Shown here piece by piece: positions 58,838 to 64,000 of a DNA stretch of 64,000 nucleotides. The translations under genes and the position numbers were made by a program. Source of the stretch: Coprothermobacterota bacterium (GTDB lineage: Bacteria; Coprothermobacterota; HKB111); NCBI GenBank assembly GCA_037440465.1, contig JBBIUB010000001.1, forward strand, positions 1 to 64,000, given 5' to 3'. Under the pieces are notes generated by a model. It was not told where the DNA came from and made no database searches. It saw only the letters and a list, made by a program, of their open reading frames with translations. Positions within the stretch are counted from its first letter, which is position 1, and each line of letters opens with the position of its first letter.

Positions 58838-59668
58838 ATGGAAGTATTAGCTGTAGGCGGCGCTCTGTGGGATATACTTGTAGAACTTAAAATTCCTTTC
58901 AAAGGAGACGACTGCTACCCCTCAATTATGAGAACCATACCTGGAGGAACAACGCGAAACTTTTCAGAGGCTATGGCTCGCCTGGGAGTTGAAATAACTC
59001 TTATCTCCTCACTCGCCTTAGACGGACTGGAACAGACTGTTCCCCTACCAGGCAAAACAGTCTTTGTTGATAGAAATAGGTCAGCTCGCTTTATAGCTGT
59101 TCTAAACCATAAAAAAAAGAGACTATTTTCATTTAACGACACCACTCCGCTGGATGAACTCACAATAGAAGAGATTATTCCACTCTTACCTTTAAAAGCC
59201 CCACCTTTTGTTTTTCTGGACACGAACATACCACTTGAAGTTATGAGTTTTCTCCTGTCATGGTGTAAAGAATTCAGGTCAACAACGATGGTAGATCCAA
59301 TTGCTCCCTCAAAAGTAAATAAAATTACAACTATGCTTCCCCTTATAGACATCCTATCGCTATCTGAAAGAGAATATGAAGTACTTGATTCTAAGCCAGA
59401 CTCCTGGGAAAGTATATTATTAGTTAAAAAAGGTGCTGATGGAATTGATTTAATAACCCCTAAAGATAAACTGAACTTTCCATCTCTTCATAGAGGACCA
59501 GTAATAAGCGATAACGGAGCAGGTGATTCCTTTAATGCCGGTTATCTTTTTGGTCACCTGAGAGGATATACCCTGGAGGAAAGAATTCTTCTGGGATTGA
59601 AGGCTGCTTCTCTTACCTTATCATCCCATTTGAATGTAAATCCACTAATTCAAAATATACTTAAATGA
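58838..59668 (+). CDS. PfkB family carbohydrate/nucleoside kinase
   Basis: GGTTRN..EAMARLG and DNGAGDSFNAG signatures. Confidence 0.85.
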   Translation: MEVLAVGGALWDILVELKIPFKGDDCYPSIMRTIPGGTTRNFSEAMARLGVEITLISSLALDGLEQTVPLPGKTVFVDRNRSARFIAVLNHKKKRLFSFNDTTPLDELTIEEIIPLLPLKAPPFVFLDTNIPLEVMSFLLSWCKEFRSTTMVDPIAPSKVNKITTMLPLIDILSLSEREYEVLDSKPDSWESILLVKKGADGIDLITPKDKLNFPSLHRGPVISDNGAGDSFNAGYLFGHLRGYTLEERILLGLKAASLTLSSHLNVNPLIQNILK

Positions 59669-59686
59669 AATGAGGTATAGTAAGCC

Positions 59687-60484
59687 ATGAGTTTAACTAT
59701 AAGAATGCACCAATTATCTTTTTCTTCTGTTAAAAAAGATAATCTTAATAAATTGCTCAATTTAATGGATGAATCCGATGCCAATCTGGATATCTTTCCA
59801 GAATATGCCATGGGTGTACCTTCTACAGGACTCAACAAGGAGTATGTTCATGAAAATGCTGAATCACTTGAAGGTGAATTTGTAAACAATATACTAAAAA
59901 AAACCTATAAAAAGAACTCTGTTGTTGTTTTTACTACTTATCTAAAGGAAGAAGAAAAAATATTTAACGCAGCAATTCTTGCCGGAAGAGGAGAAGTAAA
60001 AGTAGTATATAAAAAAATCCACTTATTTGATGCCTTTGGCTATAAAGAATCTGATCTTTTCACTGCAGGTAGTGAGTTAGCTATGACAGAGTTCAAAGGG
60101 TTTAATATTGGTTTAGCAGTATGTTTTGACCTTAGATTTCCTGAGTTGTTCCGGATTATGGCTTATAAAGGCGTTAATCTTTTCATCTTACCTTCAGCCT
60201 GGTATGCAGGAAAATATAAGTTAGAACAGTGGAAGTCTTTATTAATGGCAAGAGCCCATGAAAACACTTCTTATTTTATCGGAGTCAATCAAGTTAAACC
60301 AACTTTCGTAGGTCATAGTATCATAACATCCCCACTTTGTTATGTCATTAAGGAAATGGGAGAAGAAGAAAAGAGTACAACAGTGACGCTGGATTACAAA
60401 GAGATAGAAGAAGCAAGAAATATAGTACCTACAATAGAATTATCTAAACCAGAACTTTACGAAAAGTTCAAGAAAATTATCTGA
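59687..60484 (+). CDS. Carbon-nitrogen hydrolase (nitrilase superfamily, Nit1/YbeM-like)
   Basis: FPE, YKKIHLFD, VCFDLRFPE catalytic E-K-C triad, ARAHEN. Confidence 0.92.
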   Translation: MSLTIRMHQLSFSSVKKDNLNKLLNLMDESDANLDIFPEYAMGVPSTGLNKEYVHENAESLEGEFVNNILKKTYKKNSVVVFTTYLKEEEKIFNAAILAGRGEVKVVYKKIHLFDAFGYKESDLFTAGSELAMTEFKGFNIGLAVCFDLRFPELFRIMAYKGVNLFILPSAWYAGKYKLEQWKSLLMARAHENTSYFIGVNQVKPTFVGHSIITSPLCYVIKEMGEEEKSTTVTLDYKEIEEARNIVPTIELSKPELYEKFKKII

Positions 60485-60521
60485 CAAAACTAAACCTGAT
60501 AATTGTGGTTGTTACAACCGT

Positions 60522-61730
60522 TTATTGATGTTTTGTCCTCTCTAATTTGTAGAATAAGAGGTAAAAAAGACTTATTGAAGCTGAGTACAAAACAATAGCA
60601 TAATAGAAAATATTACTATAACCATATGTTTCAATAATTGTTCCTCCTATCCTCATACTTATAGCTCTTGCAAGAGAATCTGTCATATTAGCTACACTGT
60701 TCACTACAGGTCTTTCAACAGATGTGGTTATTTCCATTGCAAAGTTCTGATTCGCTGGTCCAGACATATTCATCAAAGCTTGCCTGATAAGAAAAGAAGG
60801 AATCACCAGCATTAAGCTTCGACTTGAACCAAGAATATACATAAAAGGTAAGGAACAGAGTTCTGTAACAACTACTGTGCCCACAAGACCCAATTTCCTG
60901 ACCAGACGGGGTGTTGTAAGGATAGCTAAAAATGTACTGAATTGAGCAAGGGTGAAAAGGATACCGATATTATTAGACGACAATAAGTGAACAGATTTAA
61001 AATATAAATTTAAAAAAGGTACGAATAATCCTGCTCCTAATCCGATTAACAACCTCGGAAGAAGAAGACGAAGTATCAAGCTATACCTTACCTTGCCCCA
61101 TAATTTCAAAAAACCTCCATCTATTTCAATCTTTTTAAATGGAAGTTTTGAAAGAAAAGGTATACATAATAATCCCACGCTCAATCCGATGAACATTGTC
61201 CATTGATAACGTAGCCCCAGATTTATTCCTTGAGAAAACATCTGTGGTAAATAACCACCAGTAAGACTACCAATTGCGTGGGAAAGTAGGTGGGCTCCTG
61301 AAACAAGACTGAATATGTAGGGCCTTTCCTCTTTTTCAGAATTATCCATAAGATACGGAGGAGTTGCCACCACAAAAACCATTTCAGAAAAACCAATGAT
61401 TAAAGAGAGACCAGCTAAAATTTCCTGCTTAGGAAAAATAACCATCGTAAGTTGTAGAAGAAAAGAAATCAAAAAAGAACCAGAAAAAGCAATCTTAGAT
61501 GGAAGTCTATGGACCAAAGCTGCAGCAGGTATAGCAAAAATAACATTACCCATAGCTCTATAACTCAGTATTGAACCAATCGCCCTTTCTCCCAAGCCTG
61601 CTTCTTTTAGAAATAGGTTAAACACCAGTGAAAAATATGCCCCGCCCAACCCAAAAAAAAGAAGGGCAAACAGAAGTAGCTTTATCTCTCTTTTAAAATT
61701 CTTTAATTGGTTGATATATTCAATAATCAA
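60522..61730 (-). CDS. MFS transporter
   Basis: Twelve TM segments in two halves; LFVPFLNLY, RQALMNM..P. Confidence 0.88.
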   Translation of the reverse strand: MIIEYINQLKNFKREIKLLLFALLFFGLGGAYFSLVFNLFLKEAGLGERAIGSILSYRAMGNVIFAIPAAALVHRLPSKIAFSGSFLISFLLQLTMVIFPKQEILAGLSLIIGFSEMVFVVATPPYLMDNSEKEERPYIFSLVSGAHLLSHAIGSLTGGYLPQMFSQGINLGLRYQWTMFIGLSVGLLCIPFLSKLPFKKIEIDGGFLKLWGKVRYSLILRLLLPRLLIGLGAGLFVPFLNLYFKSVHLLSSNNIGILFTLAQFSTFLAILTTPRLVRKLGLVGTVVVTELCSLPFMYILGSSRSLMLVIPSFLIRQALMNMSGPANQNFAMEITTSVERPVVNSVANMTDSLARAISMRIGGTIIETYGYSNIFYYAIVLYSASISLFYLLFYKLERTKHQ

Positions 61731-61943
61731 TCTTCATCCTCGAATATTTCGTTAATATAAATAGATATTATAACTTATTAACGACCGTTATAATAACCAA
61801 ATATTTTAAGAGCTTATAAAAGAAGGGAAACATTAACTTAAATACTTTTAGAAAATAAAATATATTAGTCATTTCTATTTTAGGCTTGATTAGTTTAAAA
61901 TAATATTAAATAATTATGATTCTATCATTACAGGAGTTGAAAA

Positions 61944-62332
61944 ATGAATATAGTAGCCTTCAATGGAAGTCTGATAGTTGAAGGAAATACCGAAATTCTT
62001 CTCAAAGAAACATTGAAACCTGTACAAAAAGGACTACACGAAATCATATTTTTCAAGTTAAATGAAATGAATATTAAGCCCTACCAGAACTGTGGTGGCT
62101 GCGAGAGAACAGCGCTCAAGCTAAAATTATGATAGATAGATGTCAGTGTTTATGGTGTGAAAAGTACCTTCTTTAAAAACCAGTTATAGCAGGTACTGAT
62201 GGTAGAAAAGGCGAACACAAAACCTTGGGTTTCCTGGGAATTGATGCCAAGGGTGATATCTTAAACCACCCAACAGCGTTAATAGAGTCCTTTCAAGAGG
62301 GAGAAAAGCTGATAACTATTAGAACAAAATAA
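61944..62332 (+). pseudogene. Iron-sulfur flavoprotein / flavodoxin-family pseudogene
   Basis: First frame MNIVAFNGS..GNTEILL..IKPYQNCGGC; shifted frame from 62111 SAQAKIMIDRCQCLWCEKYLL*KP..GRKG-EHKTLGFLGIDAKGDILNHPTAL; stop at 62174-62176; internal segments missing. Confidence 0.8.
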
Positions 62333-62344
62333 GGAGGAGTTTAT

Positions 62345-63565
62345 ATGAAGATTGGGATATTAGCCTTAACTTCCGGAGAAGAATGGAAGAATGAAAAAAA
62401 TGAACTTTTAAATCAACTAAAAGATGTTTTATTCAAACAAGGATTTGATTCAGATGAGGTAACAAATAACTTTCCTGAATTTGATTATGTATTAACCTTT
62501 GTGATAACTGGTGGTACAGAAGGTAAGTTTAGAGAAAACTTAAGATTTCTGAAACCTCCATATATAATTGTTGCTCATCCTTACTACAATTCTCTTCCTG
62601 CATCCCTGGAAATAAAAGCCTTTTTAGGTAAAAAGGGGGGTATCTTTCTTTTTGAAAAAGAAAAAGTTGAAAATGAACTTACAAAGATGCTTAAGGTCAT
62701 AAAAATAAAAAAAACTCTTAATAGTAAAACTATTGCACTTATTGGAAACCCATCTTTCTGGCTCATAGCATCTTCTCCTCCCCTCCAACTTATAAAAGAA
62801 AGATTCGGTTTAGAAGTAAAACAAGTACCACTTGAAGAGCTAATTAGTGAGTATGAAAGGTTGAAAGAAGAAGATGTATTAGACGAAGCAGAAAGTATTC
62901 TCAAAAGAACTTCTGAGATAATAAAAATAGATATAAAAGATATAGTAAAAGCCCTAAAACTTAAAAAATCCATTGAGTCTATCAGGGAAAAAGAATATTT
63001 TGATTACCTTTCTCTTGAATGTTTCAGCTTAATCAAGCCTCTTGATACAACAGGCTGCCTTGCCCTTTCCTTATTCAATGATATTGATCTCGTTTCAGGA
63101 TGCGAAGGTGATTTACCTTCAACCTTGACTATGATAATTTTAAAGGAGATTAGTGGTTCTCCCAATTTCTTAGGTAACATAAGCTGGGTAAAACAGAAGG
63201 GAGATATTTCTGAAGTTACTCTTACTCACTGCACAATAGCTACATCCATTTTATCTTACTTCCAACTTACTACTCACTTTGAGACAGGAAAAGGAGTCGG
63301 AATTAAGGGTTTCCTTCCTGAAAACATTGGAACTTTAGCAAGAATTGGAGGAGAAAGGCTGGAAAAGATTTTCTTCAGGAAGGCTCAAATCACTAATAAC
63401 CTAAACCAGGATAATCTTTGTAGAACACAATTATTGTTGGAAGTTGAAAACTCTAAACAATACTTTTTAAAAGAACCCCTCGGAAATCACCATATCTGGA
63501 CCTCAGGAAACCTTCAAAATGAACTTAAAATATTCGCTGAGATATTCAATTTAGAAAAAATTTAA
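62345..63565 (+). CDS. L-fucose/L-arabinose isomerase-related protein (short form)
   Basis: TGGTE, NSLPASLE, GCEGD, HCT, HFETGKGVG, LCRTQ, PLGNHH. Confidence 0.7.
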   Translation: MKIGILALTSGEEWKNEKNELLNQLKDVLFKQGFDSDEVTNNFPEFDYVLTFVITGGTEGKFRENLRFLKPPYIIVAHPYYNSLPASLEIKAFLGKKGGIFLFEKEKVENELTKMLKVIKIKKTLNSKTIALIGNPSFWLIASSPPLQLIKERFGLEVKQVPLEELISEYERLKEEDVLDEAESILKRTSEIIKIDIKDIVKALKLKKSIESIREKEYFDYLSLECFSLIKPLDTTGCLALSLFNDIDLVSGCEGDLPSTLTMIILKEISGSPNFLGNISWVKQKGDISEVTLTHCTIATSILSYFQLTTHFETGKGVGIKGFLPENIGTLARIGGERLEKIFFRKAQITNNLNQDNLCRTQLLLEVENSKQYFLKEPLGNHHIWTSGNLQNELKIFAEIFNLEKI

Positions 63566-63588
63566 TAAACTAAGCTAAGGGGATTAGA

Positions 63589-63999
63589 TTAATTTGAATG
63601 GTAATCTTGAAGCTTCTTACTACCCTTTAAACGATGAAGACGTCGATTTCTCTCGTCAACCTCTTTTTTTATTTCATCAAGATCAACCGATAATATCTTC
63701 CTGTTTTTCACTACCAACTCACCATTCACTATCACTGAATCTACATCCCCCTCCTGTATAGAGTAAAGGATATGTGCAAAGAGATGGTCTTCTGGAATAA
63801 GAGAAGGTGAGTTTTTCTTTATCAGAATAATATCAGCTTTGAATCCTTCCTGGATTTCTCCAAGGTCTGATAAACCCAACACATTAGCGCCTTTTACAGC
63901 CATAAGAGGTAAAACCTCTTCTATCTTTATTATTTCCGGGTTTCGGGCAACGACTTTACCCATTAAAGCTCCCATTCTTGCTGCCTCTATAATACTTAG
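63589..63999 (-). CDS. Amidohydrolase, MtaD/SsnA-like (C-terminal part; runs off window)
   Basis: GA..LG...GEIQEGFKADII, LYS....DVDSVIVNG; frame open to window edge. Confidence 0.8.
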   Translation of the reverse strand, partial: LSIIEAARMGALMGKVVARNPEIIKIEEVLPLMAVKGANVLGLSDLGEIQEGFKADIILIKKNSPSLIPEDHLFAHILYSIQEGDVDSVIVNGELVVKNRKILSVDLDEIKKEVDERNRRLHRLKGSKKLQDYHSN

Positions 64000-64000
64000 A

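Noticed and set aside
60507..60521. ggttg-tta-caaccgt hairpin resembling ggttgttcccaaccgt at 9290-9305
   Set aside because: Only a 5-bp stem and about 14 matching bases; chance or a weak bidirectional terminator cannot be excluded
61749..61784. Inverted repeat tcgttaata...tattaacga upstream of the MFS gene
   Set aside because: Nine-bp AT-rich arms in an AT-rich region with no regulator nearby; not distinguishable from chance
306..62973. Many 60-155 aa antisense or nested ORFs in the track (e.g. 1304-1660, 25205-25651, 28542-28982, 44804-45271, 58376-58813)
   Set aside because: They lie within well-supported genes, lack recognisable motifs and read as antisense shadows

Overview
A gene-dense, AT-rich, largely housekeeping segment of an anaerobic bacterium with Firmicutes-like gene order (deep-branching Terrabacteria is my guess; taxonomy cannot be fixed from this window). 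It holds translation, nucleotide and chaperone genes (pyrG, argS, tyrS, lysS, greA, gmk, upp, grpE-dnaK-dnaJ, rsmA, ispE), two tRNAs (Arg-CCG, Thr-CGT), a Ktr/Trk K+ uptake pair, and an apparently complete pyruvylated secondary cell wall polymer locus (tagO-wecB-murA-DUF4330-like-murJ-LCP-ligase/polymerase-2xGT4-UDP-sugar dehydrogenase-tagA-csaB). Two SLH-anchored proteins (a peptide-ABC binding protein and a 5'-nucleotidase), a tdh-kbl threonine operon, and a decayed iron-sulfur flavoprotein pseudogene are also present. I see no CRISPR array, prophage, integrase or transposase. Best leads for undescribed biology: (i) an acyl-ACP-reductase-like enzyme paired with an uncharacterised partner and no decarbonylase; (ii) an Ord/amine-dehydrogenase-like gene heading tdh-kbl; (iii) a dispersed family of cargo-less hairpin elements built from 8-bp GGATTCAA/TTGAATCC units at three loci; (iv) a switch-like structured element at about 9.2-9.35 kb; (v) an SLH-tethered ABC binding protein; (vi) an Stn/Nso-like Fe-S/GltD fusion. 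All functional calls come from motif recognition by eye, with no database searches.
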